This document shows positions 9,417-19,554 of a stretch of DNA of 64,000 bases, piece by piece. The stretch is from an uncultured Desulfobacter sp. Lineage in GTDB: Bacteria > Desulfobacterota > Desulfobacteria > Desulfobacterales > Desulfobacteraceae. The notes under the pieces were generated by a model. That model was not told the origin of the DNA, did no database searches, and saw nothing but the letters and a program-made list of their open reading frames with translations. Within the stretch, counting starts at the first letter, position 1. The number at the start of each line of letters is the position of its first letter. The position numbers and the translations under genes are program-made. The stretch is taken from positions 1,024,001 through 1,088,000 of the forward strand of contig OY762069.1 in assembly GCA_963665095.1 (NCBI GenBank). Direction: 5' to 3'.

Positions 9417-10658
9417 ATGAATTTAAAAAATATCGAGTCTGAAAATATCAGAATTCTTTTAAATAAAGGGGTGAACATTCCCAATCCCCTTTCTGTATTC
9501 ATTGATGATGATGTGAACCCGGACCGGATTTCCGGTGACAATGTCACGCTCCACAGCGGTACCAAGCTGGCAGGGTCCAGAACCCTGATCATGCCGGGAA
9601 CATCCCTTGGATGGGAAGCCCCGGTCACAGTTGAAAACTGCCTGACAGGTCCCGGTACCAAGCTTCTGGGGGGATATTTTCAGGATACCGTATTCATGGG
9701 AAATAATGTGTTTGGTTCCAACGGGCATGTACGAAAGGGCTGCATTCTGGAGGAGCAGGCCAATGCGGCCCATACGGTGGGACTGAAACAGACCATTCTA
9801 TTTCCCTTTGTCACCCTGGGCAGCCTGATCAATTTCTGCGACTGCCTTATGGCCGGTGGTACCAGCCGGAAAGATCATTCAGAAGTAGGGTCGTCATTTA
9901 TTCATTTTAACTACACCCCAAACCAGGACAAGGCCACCCCGTCCATGATGGGTAATGTCCATCAGGGTGTGATGCTCAACCAGCGACCGGTTTTTCTGGG
10001 CGGGCAGGGGGGACTGGTGGGGCCTGTAAGAATCGCATTCGGGTGTATTACGGCTGCCGGCTCCATTATCCGGCACAGTGAACTGCGGTGTAACCGGTTG
10101 ATGATGGGTGGCAGTTTAAGAAATGCCTCCATGGAATGGCAGCCCGGCACCTATACCCGGCCCGACCGGATTTTTGCGGAAAACATTTTTTATATTGCCG
10201 GATTGTTTGGCCTTAAGGCATGGTACACCCATGTCAGGCAATTGTTTACCTATGATTTTTTTTCCAAAGAGCTTGTATCCGGATTGGTGGGAAATATTGA
10301 CATCTGTATCCAGGAGCGCATCAAACGGCTGGCTGATTTCGGCGATAAGCTTAAACTGTCACGCCAGATTCTGCTTGAAAAGAGCAAAGGGCAGGGCGGC
10401 AGTCCCGCCCTTGCAGGCCACGATAAAATCCTGGATCAGCTGACGCGTATCCCGGAGGTCTTCGATGGTGCGGATCAGGATATAAAAACCCCCGGGCCTG
10501 ATGCAGAACGGTTTTTACGCTATATTGAAAAGCTGGCCGTCAAAAACCGGAAAGATTATTTGTCCGCCATTCAGGGTCTGGATAAAAATCAATCCGCCCT
10601 GGGTTCATCATGGCTTAAACAGGTGGAGGACAGGATCACCAGTGCCTTTGGGTTATAG
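9417..10658 (+). CDS. GlmU-related left-handed beta-helix protein (acetyltransferase-like part only, with extra C-terminal domain)
   Basis: Hexapeptide-like repeats and GlmU C-domain-like segments (GVNIPNP..VFI, HVRKGCIL, FNYTP, TAAGSII); directly upstream of glmM; no N-terminal nucleotidyltransferase motif. Start uncertain (9390 TTG or 9417 ATG). Confidence 0.6.
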   Translation: MNLKNIESENIRILLNKGVNIPNPLSVFIDDDVNPDRISGDNVTLHSGTKLAGSRTLIMPGTSLGWEAPVTVENCLTGPGTKLLGGYFQDTVFMGNNVFGSNGHVRKGCILEEQANAAHTVGLKQTILFPFVTLGSLINFCDCLMAGGTSRKDHSEVGSSFIHFNYTPNQDKATPSMMGNVHQGVMLNQRPVFLGGQGGLVGPVRIAFGCITAAGSIIRHSELRCNRLMMGGSLRNASMEWQPGTYTRPDRIFAENIFYIAGLFGLKAWYTHVRQLFTYDFFSKELVSGLVGNIDICIQERIKRLADFGDKLKLSRQILLEKSKGQGGSPALAGHDKILDQLTRIPEVFDGADQDIKTPGPDAERFLRYIEKLAVKNRKDYLSAIQGLDKNQSALGSSWLKQVEDRITSAFGL

Positions 10659-10685
10659 TCTTTACAAAAAGAAGGTTACACTTTA

Positions 10686-12023
10686 ATGGGAACGTTATTT
10701 GGTACAGATGGAATAAGGGGCAGGGCCAACACCTATCCCATGACATGTGAACTGGCAATGAAGACCGGTCAGGCAGTAGGGCTTTTACTCCAGGCAGGCA
10801 AAGATAAAAGCGTTGTGATCGGACGGGATACCCGGGTCTCCGGTCAAATGCTTGAATCAGCACTGGCCGCAGGAATTACAAGCACAGGCGCCGATGTGGT
10901 GCTGGCCGGCGTCATTCCAACCCCTGGCGTGGCGTATCTCAGCGGCAGTGTCGAGGGCTGCGGTGCCGGCATCATGATTTCTGCCTCCCATAACCCTTAC
11001 TATGATAATGGTATCAAGATTTTTCAAAAAGGCGGCATCAAGCTTTCTGATGACCAGGAAGCGCAGATGGAACAGATTATTCTTGGTTCTGATACCGCAC
11101 TGCCCGCTGACATCGGGATAATTGCATCTGCAAATAACGCCACATCCATGTATGCCGGATTTCTGCTGGACAAGTTTCGTTTTAACAGGGATAAAAAAAA
11201 GCTTAAACTGGTTATTGACACGGCCAATGGGGCGGCATCTCTATGCGCGGCAGAAATTTTTACATCTGATATTTTTGATGTCACCTTTATCCACAACACG
11301 CCTGATGGCAAAAATATCAATGCCGCATGCGGCTCCCAGCACACCCGGGATCTCAGCGACAGGGTAATTCAGTTAAAGGCAGATGCAGGTCTTGCCTTTG
11401 ACGGGGATGCGGACCGCCTGATTGCCGTGGATGAAAAAGGCCGGCAGATCACAGGGGACTGCCTGCTGGCAATTCTTGCCCGATTTGCAAAAAATAATGG
11501 GAAATTGAAAAACAATAAAGTGGTCAGCACGGTCATGAGCAATGTCGGATTTGGCAATGCGCTGAAGGAACTGGGCATTGACCATGAGATAACCGGGGTA
11601 GGGGACAGAAAAGTGCTTGAGCGGATGATGGACACCGGTGCCGTGATTGGCGGTGAAGATTCCGGGCACATGATTTTTCTGGATGAACACACCACTGGCG
11701 ATGGTATTTTATCTGCGTTGAAACTGATTGAAGTGCTGCAGGAGACCGGGACGCCTCTGTCTGAGCTTGCCACTGTGATGACAGTTTTTCCCCAGGTCCT
11801 GATCAACGTTGAGGTGGATGCCTCCCGACCTGATTTTATGAAAATCCCTTTGGTTGCAGATGCAATTAAGGAGGTCGAAAACCGCCTTGGAAGCCAGGGC
11901 AGGGTGCTTGTCCGGTATTCAGGCACCCAGCCGCTATTACGGGTTATGGTGGAAGGCCCGGAGGAACAACTGACCCGGCAATGCTGCGAAGAGATCTGCG
12001 ACGCTGTTAAAAAAGCAATGTAA
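10686..12023 (+). CDS. glmM: Phosphoglucosamine mutase
   Basis: LFGTDGIRG, GRDTRVSG, ISASHNPYYDNGIK (phosphoserine), FDGDADR, GGEDSGH, VRYSGTQP. Confidence 0.96.
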   Translation: MGTLFGTDGIRGRANTYPMTCELAMKTGQAVGLLLQAGKDKSVVIGRDTRVSGQMLESALAAGITSTGADVVLAGVIPTPGVAYLSGSVEGCGAGIMISASHNPYYDNGIKIFQKGGIKLSDDQEAQMEQIILGSDTALPADIGIIASANNATSMYAGFLLDKFRFNRDKKKLKLVIDTANGAASLCAAEIFTSDIFDVTFIHNTPDGKNINAACGSQHTRDLSDRVIQLKADAGLAFDGDADRLIAVDEKGRQITGDCLLAILARFAKNNGKLKNNKVVSTVMSNVGFGNALKELGIDHEITGVGDRKVLERMMDTGAVIGGEDSGHMIFLDEHTTGDGILSALKLIEVLQETGTPLSELATVMTVFPQVLINVEVDASRPDFMKIPLVADAIKEVENRLGSQGRVLVRYSGTQPLLRVMVEGPEEQLTRQCCEEICDAVKKAM

Positions 12024-12220
12024 ACCAAAACATATATCCCTTCAAAACCCCGGGGACTTCTCTTAAATGGTCAAATTTGCAAATTCTCCCCGGTGGTACC
12101 TTCTTAAATTAACACTTTATATTACTATATTCTGTTGATTTCACAGTGATTAACAGATATTGAAGATGGGTACGTGAGATAATTCAACAATAAACACTCA
12201 TTGTTCAGGTTCAGTAAGAT

Positions 12221-15200
12221 ATGGATACGACCGGAATCAAGTCTCCAAATTTCTTTTTTTTGTCTGAATACAATGCATTTCTTTTTCAATGCGCAGTGTT
12301 TGCTGAGCGCTATGTCTTTGATGACCCCAACACGGCTTTAATCAAGCTTCGTCAATTTGGGGAATTGCTGGCACAGGAGTTAGCCGCAAGAACGGGTCTG
12401 GATATTTGTCCTGAAGATACCGCTGTCACGGTATTAAGAAAACTTGAATATGAGAATACAGTACCTCCCAAAGCGGCTCAGCTTTTTCACGCCCTGCGAA
12501 AAACCGGCAACAAAGCCGTTCATGAACTTGCCGGAAATCAAGGCGAAGCCCTTCATCATTTGCGGATGGCAAGAGAACTGGCGGTCTGGTTCCATAAATC
12601 CTTTGGTAAAAATCCGAATCTTGCCAAAGGTCCCTTTATTCCCCCGCCTGATCCTTCCCAGGCAGATGCAGAACTGAAAAAAGAGCTTAAACAGCTCAGG
12701 CAACAATTGGCCAAAGCCCGGGAAAAGGCAGCAATCGCGGACCAGCAGGAGATAGAAATTCAAAAAATCTATGAAGACCTGAATGCCGCCTTAAATCTTG
12801 CGGAAGAGACAGAAGAACAACTGATATCGGAAAAACAAAAGCATCAGGAATATATAAACCAGCTTAAGGCCCAGGCAAAAGCCAAACCCCAGACGGTCAG
12901 CCTTGCCCTTGCGAAAGCGGCAACAGCGGATGAAGAAATTCACCTGAATGAGGCGGATACCAGAAAAATCATTGATACCCAGCTTCAAGAGGCCGGTTGG
13001 GATGCGGACACTAAAAATCTGACTTATAAAAAAGGCGTTCGTCCCCAAACGGGGGAAAATATAGCCATTGCTGAATGGCCGGTGGATAACGGCAAAGGCC
13101 GGGCCGATTATGTTTTGTTTGCGGGGCTCACCGCCATTGGCATTGTTGAGGCCAAACGGAAAAATAAAGATGTCTGCGGGTCCATAGAGCAAGCAAAGCG
13201 TTACAGCGAAGGCTTTGAAAAAGGAAATGGGTGGGAACCGGCCGGTGGCCCATGGGGCAACTATAAAGTGCCGTTTCTTTTCGCCACCAACGGCAGGCCT
13301 TTCCTAAGACAGTTAAAGACTAAAAGCGGTATATGGTTCCTGGATGGACGCCTTTCAACCAATCATTCCAGGCCCCTGGATTCATGGTACACCCCCGAAG
13401 GCCTTAAAGGGCTTCTTGATATTGATGTACCCGATGCCCATGACAAGCTGGACAAAGAGCCCACCGACTATCTGGGATTAAGGGAGTATCAGCTTAAGGC
13501 CATTAAGGCCGCTGAAAAGGCCATAGCGGATGAAAAACAGCAGATATTATTGGCCATGGCCACCGGCACCGGCAAAACCCGTACCTGCATCGGCCTGTCA
13601 TACAGACTGCTGAAGGCCAAACGGTTCCGACGGATTCTATTTCTCGTGGATCGGACCTCTTTAGGAGAACAGGCTGCCGGGGCGTTTAAAGATGTGAAAC
13701 TGGAAAACCTCCAATCCTTTTCAGATATATACGACGTCAAAGAACTGGGGGATATCACCCCGGAAAAAGATACCCGCCTGCATATTGCCACCATTCAAGG
13801 GATGATCCGGCGGTTATTGTATCCCGCAGAAGAGAACCGGCCCTTGGCCGTAGATCAATATGACTGCATTATTGTGGATGAGTGTCACAGAGGGTATGCC
13901 CTGGACCGGGAGATGACCGAAGGGGAACTGACCTTTCGCAGTGAACGGGACTATATATCAAAATATACAAAGGTCCTGGACCATTTTGATGCGGTTAAAA
14001 TCGGTCTGACCGCCACACCGGCACTGCACACCACACAAATATTTGACGAACCGGTGTTTACCTACTCTTACCGCCAGGCCGTCATTGAAGGATATCTTCG
14101 GGACCATGAACCGCCCATCTGTATTAAAACCAGGCTGGCCCATGACGGCATCACCTGGCAAGTCAATGAAGAGATGGCGGTCTATCATGTCAATACAGGA
14201 CAGCTTTCCACCCATAACACACCGGATGAAGTCACCATTGATGTGGAAAAGTTCAACACCTTTGTGATCACGGAAAACTTTAACAAGGTGGTCTGTGAGG
14301 AACTTGCCAGGCATATTGATCCGGCATTGCCCGGAAAAACACTGATATTCTGTGCCACGGACAGCCATGCCGACATGGTGGTGTCGCTGCTCAAAGAGGC
14401 CTTTGGGGACCAGTACGGTTCTGTTGATGATGATGCCGTGGTGAAAATCACCGCAGCAGCAGATAAGCCCCTGGAAAAGATCCGCCGGTATAAACTGGAG
14501 AAGCTTCCCAGTGTTGCCGTTACGGTAGACCTGCTGACCACCGGCATTGATGTGCCTGAAATCGTCAATCTGGTGTTCATCCGGCGGGTAAAAAGCCGCA
14601 TTTTGTATGAGCAGATGATCGGCAGGGCCACCCGGCCATGTGATGAAATCAATAAGGATTTCTTTCGTATCTTTGATGCCGTAGACCTTTACTCAGCCCT
14701 GGAACCCTACTCCACCATGAAACCTGTGGTGGTGAACCCTAAAATCACCTTTGCACAATTGGCCCAGGAGCTTGAAAAGGTGGACGATGAAGGTCTTCGG
14801 ATGGAGATACGGGACCAGATTGTTGCCAAAATGCAGTATAAAAAGCGTCTGATCACAGACGGTGCATTGGATCAGTTCAAATCCCTGACGGGCAATACCC
14901 CTGAAATAGCTGCCAGGCAATGGATGAAGATGTCCGGGCAAAAAATTAAAGATTATTTTGCGGCAAGACCGGATCTTCCCAAGTTTCTTGATGGCCTGAA
15001 GGCCGACAAAGAAAAGGTGTTGTTGATATCCGGCCATGGGGATGAAGTGATCAACGTCTCCCACGGGTATGGTGCGCATAAAAAGCCTGAAGACTACCTT
15101 GAATCCTTTGGAAAATATCTGAACGAAAACAAAAATAAAATTCCCGCCATTATGGTAGTTACGACCAAACCCAGGGATTTAACCCGGGAACAGCTCAAGG

Positions 15201-15595
15201 AGCTTCGATTGATCCTGGCCCGCGAAGGATACAATGAAATGACCCTGAAAACCGCCTGGAAAGATGCCAATAATGTTGAAATTGCCGCCTCCATCATTGG
15301 GTTTATCCGGCAGTCTGTATTGGGATCACCGCTGATCCCTTATCAGGAGAGGGTAAAACATGCCATGGATGCCATTCTTGCAAGCCAACCCTGGACCGAT
15401 CCCCAAAGAAAATGGTTGGAAAGAATCGGCAAACAACTGGAACAAGAGACCATTGTGGACCGTGCATCCCTGGACAGCGGCAGGTTCAAAGATCAGGGTG
15501 GCTTTAATCGGTTGAATAGGATATTTAACGGCCAAATGAGTGAAATATTGGGCCGGATCAGTGATGAACTCTGGAAAGATACGGCCATGGGATAA
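12221..15595 (+). CDS. hsdR: Type I restriction endonuclease subunit R (EcoKI-like)
   Basis: Nuclease motif RADYVL...VEAK, Walker A MATGTGKT, DECH box, LTATP, LLTTGID, YEQMIGRATR; 1124 aa with no interruption. Confidence 0.95.
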   Translation: MDTTGIKSPNFFFLSEYNAFLFQCAVFAERYVFDDPNTALIKLRQFGELLAQELAARTGLDICPEDTAVTVLRKLEYENTVPPKAAQLFHALRKTGNKAVHELAGNQGEALHHLRMARELAVWFHKSFGKNPNLAKGPFIPPPDPSQADAELKKELKQLRQQLAKAREKAAIADQQEIEIQKIYEDLNAALNLAEETEEQLISEKQKHQEYINQLKAQAKAKPQTVSLALAKAATADEEIHLNEADTRKIIDTQLQEAGWDADTKNLTYKKGVRPQTGENIAIAEWPVDNGKGRADYVLFAGLTAIGIVEAKRKNKDVCGSIEQAKRYSEGFEKGNGWEPAGGPWGNYKVPFLFATNGRPFLRQLKTKSGIWFLDGRLSTNHSRPLDSWYTPEGLKGLLDIDVPDAHDKLDKEPTDYLGLREYQLKAIKAAEKAIADEKQQILLAMATGTGKTRTCIGLSYRLLKAKRFRRILFLVDRTSLGEQAAGAFKDVKLENLQSFSDIYDVKELGDITPEKDTRLHIATIQGMIRRLLYPAEENRPLAVDQYDCIIVDECHRGYALDREMTEGELTFRSERDYISKYTKVLDHFDAVKIGLTATPALHTTQIFDEPVFTYSYRQAVIEGYLRDHEPPICIKTRLAHDGITWQVNEEMAVYHVNTGQLSTHNTPDEVTIDVEKFNTFVITENFNKVVCEELARHIDPALPGKTLIFCATDSHADMVVSLLKEAFGDQYGSVDDDAVVKITAAADKPLEKIRRYKLEKLPSVAVTVDLLTTGIDVPEIVNLVFIRRVKSRILYEQMIGRATRPCDEINKDFFRIFDAVDLYSALEPYSTMKPVVVNPKITFAQLAQELEKVDDEGLRMEIRDQIVAKMQYKKRLITDGALDQFKSLTGNTPEIAARQWMKMSGQKIKDYFAARPDLPKFLDGLKADKEKVLLISGHGDEVINVSHGYGAHKKPEDYLESFGKYLNENKNKIPAIMVVTTKPRDLTREQLKELRLILAREGYNEMTLKTAWKDANNVEIAASIIGFIRQSVLGSPLIPYQERVKHAMDAILASQPWTDPQRKWLERIGKQLEQETIVDRASLDSGRFKDQGGFNRLNRIFNGQMSEILGRISDELWKDTAMG

Positions 15596-15604
15596 AGGAA
15601 GATC

Positions 15605-17032
15605 ATGGCAACAACACAGGATATTGTACAAAAACTGTGGGGATTTTGTAACATCCTCAAAGATGACGGTATCACCTATCATCAATATGTCACCGAACTG
15701 ACATATATTCTCTTCTTGAAAATGGCAAAAGAGACCGGCACCGAAAATCAACTGCCGGAAGAGTATCGTTGGGATGCCCTTGTTCAAAAAGAGGGTGTGG
15801 ACCAGTTGGACTTTTACCGCATTATGCTCGTTGAACTTGGACGGCAGGGAAGCGGACGGATCCAGGCGATTTACGCCAATGCCACAACATCATTAAGGCA
15901 CCCCAGAAACCTGAACAAACTGATTCAGAATGTTGATGAACTGGACTGGTACAGCGCCCGCCAGGAAGGCCTTGGGGATCTGTATGAAGGCTTGATGGAG
16001 AAAAACGCCAATGAGAAAAAAAGCGGTGCCGGGCAATACTTCACCCCCAGGCCGTTGATAGAGTCCATTGTGGAACTGGTTAAACCCCGGCCCGGTGAAG
16101 TGATCCAGGACCCTGCCGCAGGAACCGGGGGCTTCCTGCTCATGGCAGACCGGTATATCAAAGAGCGAACCGATGATCTGTATGACCTGTCCGAAGATGC
16201 CCAGAATTTTCAGCGCAACCAGGCCCTGTGCGGCATGGAGCTGGTCTAGGATGCCCATCGCCTGGCGTTGATGAACATGATGCTGCATGATATTGCAGGG
16301 CCTTTGCAGTTGGGCAACACCCTTGGATCAGCCGGAGCCGCCCTGCCCAAAGCAGATATCATCATGACCAATCCCCCCTTTGGCACCAAAAAAGGCGGTG
16401 GTGCGCCAACCCGGGAATTCACCTATCCCACCAGCAACAAACAATTGGCATTTTTACAGCATATCTACAGGGGATTGAAACCGGGCGGCAGGGCCGCCGT
16501 GGTTCTGCCCGACAACGTATTGTTTGAGGACAATGTGGGACAAAAAGTCCGGGCCGACCTGATGCACAAATGCAACCTGCACACGATCCTGCGCCTTCCC
16601 ACGGGGATCTTCTATGCCCAGGGGGTTAAAACCAATGTCCTGTTCTTTTCCAGGGGAACCACTGAAAAGGACAACACCAAAGAGGTCTGGGTCTATGACC
16701 TGCGGACCAATATGCCGTCCTTTGGCAAGCGAACGCCTTTGACCCGGGAACATTTCAAAGAGTTTGAAGCTGCATTTGGCGATGATCCTATGGGGTTAAG
16801 CGCAAGAAGGGACCGGGGTGAAGAAGGACGGTTCCGGGCCTTTGACAGAGATACCATTAAATCCCGTGGAGACAATCTCGATATTTCCTGGCTGCAGGAT
16901 GAAAACGCCGGGAATGGGGAGAAGTTGCCTGAACCTGAAATAATAGCAGCAGAGATCATGGAGCATTTGAGGGTTGCAATGAATGAGATCGAAGAATTGT
17001 CGATCCTTCTCGAAAGCGGAGAAGAACAATAA
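15605..17032 (+). pseudogene. hsdM: Type I R-M methyltransferase subunit M interrupted by an in-frame TAG at 16247-16249
   Basis: ORFs 15605..16249 (GQYFTPR, DPAAGTGG) and 16268..17032 (NPPF, LRLPTGIFYAQGVKTNVLFF) are in the same frame and join as ...GMELV*DAHRLALMNMMLH...; read-through would give 475 aa. Final TAA overlaps the hsdS ATG. Confidence 0.88.
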
Positions 17033-18486
17033 TGGCTGATTCTGAAAAGGAAAAAGGTTCATGGCCTTCTGACACTCTCCCGCCTTCTTGGGAATGGATT
17101 CCATTTAAGCAAGCGTACAATAATGTAACGAGTTCACATCGTAAATTAAAACAGAAACAATACTTGCAGAAGGGATCTATTCCTGTTGTCGACCAAGGAA
17201 AAGAATTAATAGGGGGGTACACTGAAAATAAAGATACTCTGCATGAAAGTGAGCCACCCTGTATTGTATTTGGTGATCACACGAGATGTGTAAAGTTTAT
17301 TGATTTCAATTTTGCCCAAGGGGCAGACGGCGTTAAGGTCTTGAAGCCCACAGAATTGTATACTCCAGAATTCTCATATAGAGTTCTTCAAGCAGTTAGC
17401 CTACCGGACAAAGGGTATAGTAGACACTTTAAATTTCTAAAAGACACATCTTTTCCTCTCCCTCCTCCAAACGAGCAGAAACGGATTGCAAACAAAATAG
17501 CGATCCTTGAGACCAAAAGCCAAAAAACAAAACAAGCCCTTGATGCGGCCAAACCCCTTCTGGACAAACTCAGGCAATCCATACTGGCAAGTGCTTTCCG
17601 GGGAGATCTGACCGCAGAATGGCGGAAAAAGAATCCTGATGTTGAACCTGCTTCTGCCCTGCTTGACCGTATCCGGGCAGAGCGCCGGAAAAAATGGGAA
17701 GAAAATGAACTGGCCAAAATGAAGGCCAAGGGAAAGGAACCCCAAAACGATAATTGGAAATCTAAATATAAAGAGCCTGAGCCTGTTAATACTAAGGGGC
17801 TTCCGGAATTACCTGTTGGGTGGTGTTGGGCTAAGTTAAATGAATTGGGGCAATGGTCCGGTGGAGGGACCCCAAGAAAAAGTAATCCTGAATATTGGGA
17901 TTCTGGTCAGATACCTTGGATTACACCTAAAGATATGAAGCAAATAACCATATCTGATTCAATCGATAAAATAACCCCGAAAGCAGTTAAGGAATCATCT
18001 GCCAATATCATTCCTGAAGGATCCATACTCTTTGTTGTTCGTAGTGGAATTCTAAGACGAATTTTACCTATAGCATTGAATAACATTGAGTCAACTGTAA
18101 ATCAGGACCTTAAAGCATTAGCTTTAAGCATCCCCTCATTAAACAAATATCTGTTGTACAATTTGATCTCTACTGAGAGGAAGATTCGTTACAAATGTTC
18201 TAAAAGTGGAACAACAGTTGAGAGTATAGATTTTGATTCTTTAAAATTATTTGCTGTGCCACTTGCGTCTCAAAAAGAAGGAGAGCTAATACTCTCTAAA
18301 GTTGAAACAGCGTTAGCAAATGTAAATAAAATTGAAAAAACAATTTTATCAAATGAAATGTTTTTATCGATATTAAATCAATCAATTTTGAATAAAGCCT
18401 TTCAAGGAGAACTCGTCCCACAAGACCCATCAGACGAACCGGCTGCAGAACTCCTCGCCCGGATTAATGGGCAAAAGCCTGCTTGA
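17032..18486 (+). CDS. hsdS: Type I R-M specificity subunit S
   Basis: Two TRDs, each followed by conserved helices (PLPPPNEQKRI...LRQSILASAFRGDL; ...LNQSILNKAFQGELVPQDP). Confidence 0.93.
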   Translation: MADSEKEKGSWPSDTLPPSWEWIPFKQAYNNVTSSHRKLKQKQYLQKGSIPVVDQGKELIGGYTENKDTLHESEPPCIVFGDHTRCVKFIDFNFAQGADGVKVLKPTELYTPEFSYRVLQAVSLPDKGYSRHFKFLKDTSFPLPPPNEQKRIANKIAILETKSQKTKQALDAAKPLLDKLRQSILASAFRGDLTAEWRKKNPDVEPASALLDRIRAERRKKWEENELAKMKAKGKEPQNDNWKSKYKEPEPVNTKGLPELPVGWCWAKLNELGQWSGGGTPRKSNPEYWDSGQIPWITPKDMKQITISDSIDKITPKAVKESSANIIPEGSILFVVRSGILRRILPIALNNIESTVNQDLKALALSIPSLNKYLLYNLISTERKIRYKCSKSGTTVESIDFDSLKLFAVPLASQKEGELILSKVETALANVNKIEKTILSNEMFLSILNQSILNKAFQGELVPQDPSDEPAAELLARINGQKPA

Positions 18487-18579
18487 AGAAACAGATTAAC
18501 CAAATCTTTAATATTGCAAAATATTAACAGATAATAAATATTGAATATTACAAACACTTATCCAAAGGTAACCACAAAA

Positions 18580-19545
18580 ATGGCAACGGCAGAACAAATA
18601 AAGGCTTTGATAAAATCGCATTTCAGTGATGATAAAGAGCGGTTTTACACCATTTCGCTGCAGCTGGCCGCCCATGAGTCCAGGCAGGGCCATCAAGCCA
18701 TCGCCAAAGCCATCCGGGACATTGTGGATAAGGGGCGTCAACAAAAAAATGCCTCAATAATTCCCTTTCCCGGTGAGTTGCAGGGTCTGGTCCTGACAGA
18801 GGCGCCTGAAACGCCCAAATCCGCCATGGTGATGCCCGAAGCTTTGGAAAAACGAATCCATCGAATCATTCATGAATACAGGCAAAAGAATAAATTAAAA
18901 GCCCATGGGTTACAGCACCGGCGCAAAATATTGCTCTCCGGCCCTCCGGGAACCGGGAAAACCATGACGGCAAGGGTGCTGGCAAAAGAACTGGACCTGA
19001 AGCTGCATACCATTCAAGTGGACCGCCTTGTTACCAAATTCATGGGAGAGACAAGTGCCAAGCTTCGCCAGATATTTGACATGATCAAACAGGTCCATGG
19101 CATATATTTTTTTGATGAGTTTGATGCCATCGGAGCCGAGCGGTCAATGGACAACGATGTCGGAGAAATGCGCAGGGTTTTGAACGCTTTTCTACAGTTC
19201 ATTGAACAGGATCACTCGGACAGTATGATTATTGCCGCCACCAATAACCCGAAACTGCTTGACAGCGCCCTGTTTCGCCGGTTTGAAGATGTGCTCAACT
19301 ATCGTCTTCCCCAAGAGAAGGAGAGACAGGCATTGATCAAAAATATCATGGGAACCTTTATGGGCTCACGGTTTGCGTGGAAAAATGTGCTCAGCCTGAG
19401 CAAAGGGCTCTCCCATGCGGAAATAGATTATGCCTGTAAAGACACCATCAAAGAAATTATTTTATCCGGTAAAACCAGGGCCAATGCAACCTTGTTATCC
19501 CGGTCGCTGAAAGAACGGCAGAATTCAAACTCCTGGAGCATATAA
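18580..19545 (+). CDS. AAA+ ATPase, IetA-like (partner of S8 protease)
   Basis: MATAEQIKALIKSH N-terminus, GPPGTGKT, FFDEFDAIG, NDVGEMRRVLN, DSALFRRF; 9 bp upstream of the S8 gene. Confidence 0.85.
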   Translation: MATAEQIKALIKSHFSDDKERFYTISLQLAAHESRQGHQAIAKAIRDIVDKGRQQKNASIIPFPGELQGLVLTEAPETPKSAMVMPEALEKRIHRIIHEYRQKNKLKAHGLQHRRKILLSGPPGTGKTMTARVLAKELDLKLHTIQVDRLVTKFMGETSAKLRQIFDMIKQVHGIYFFDEFDAIGAERSMDNDVGEMRRVLNAFLQFIEQDHSDSMIIAATNNPKLLDSALFRRFEDVLNYRLPQEKERQALIKNIMGTFMGSRFAWKNVLSLSKGLSHAEIDYACKDTIKEIILSGKTRANATLLSRSLKERQNSNSWSI

Positions 19546-19554
19546 TTCATTGCA

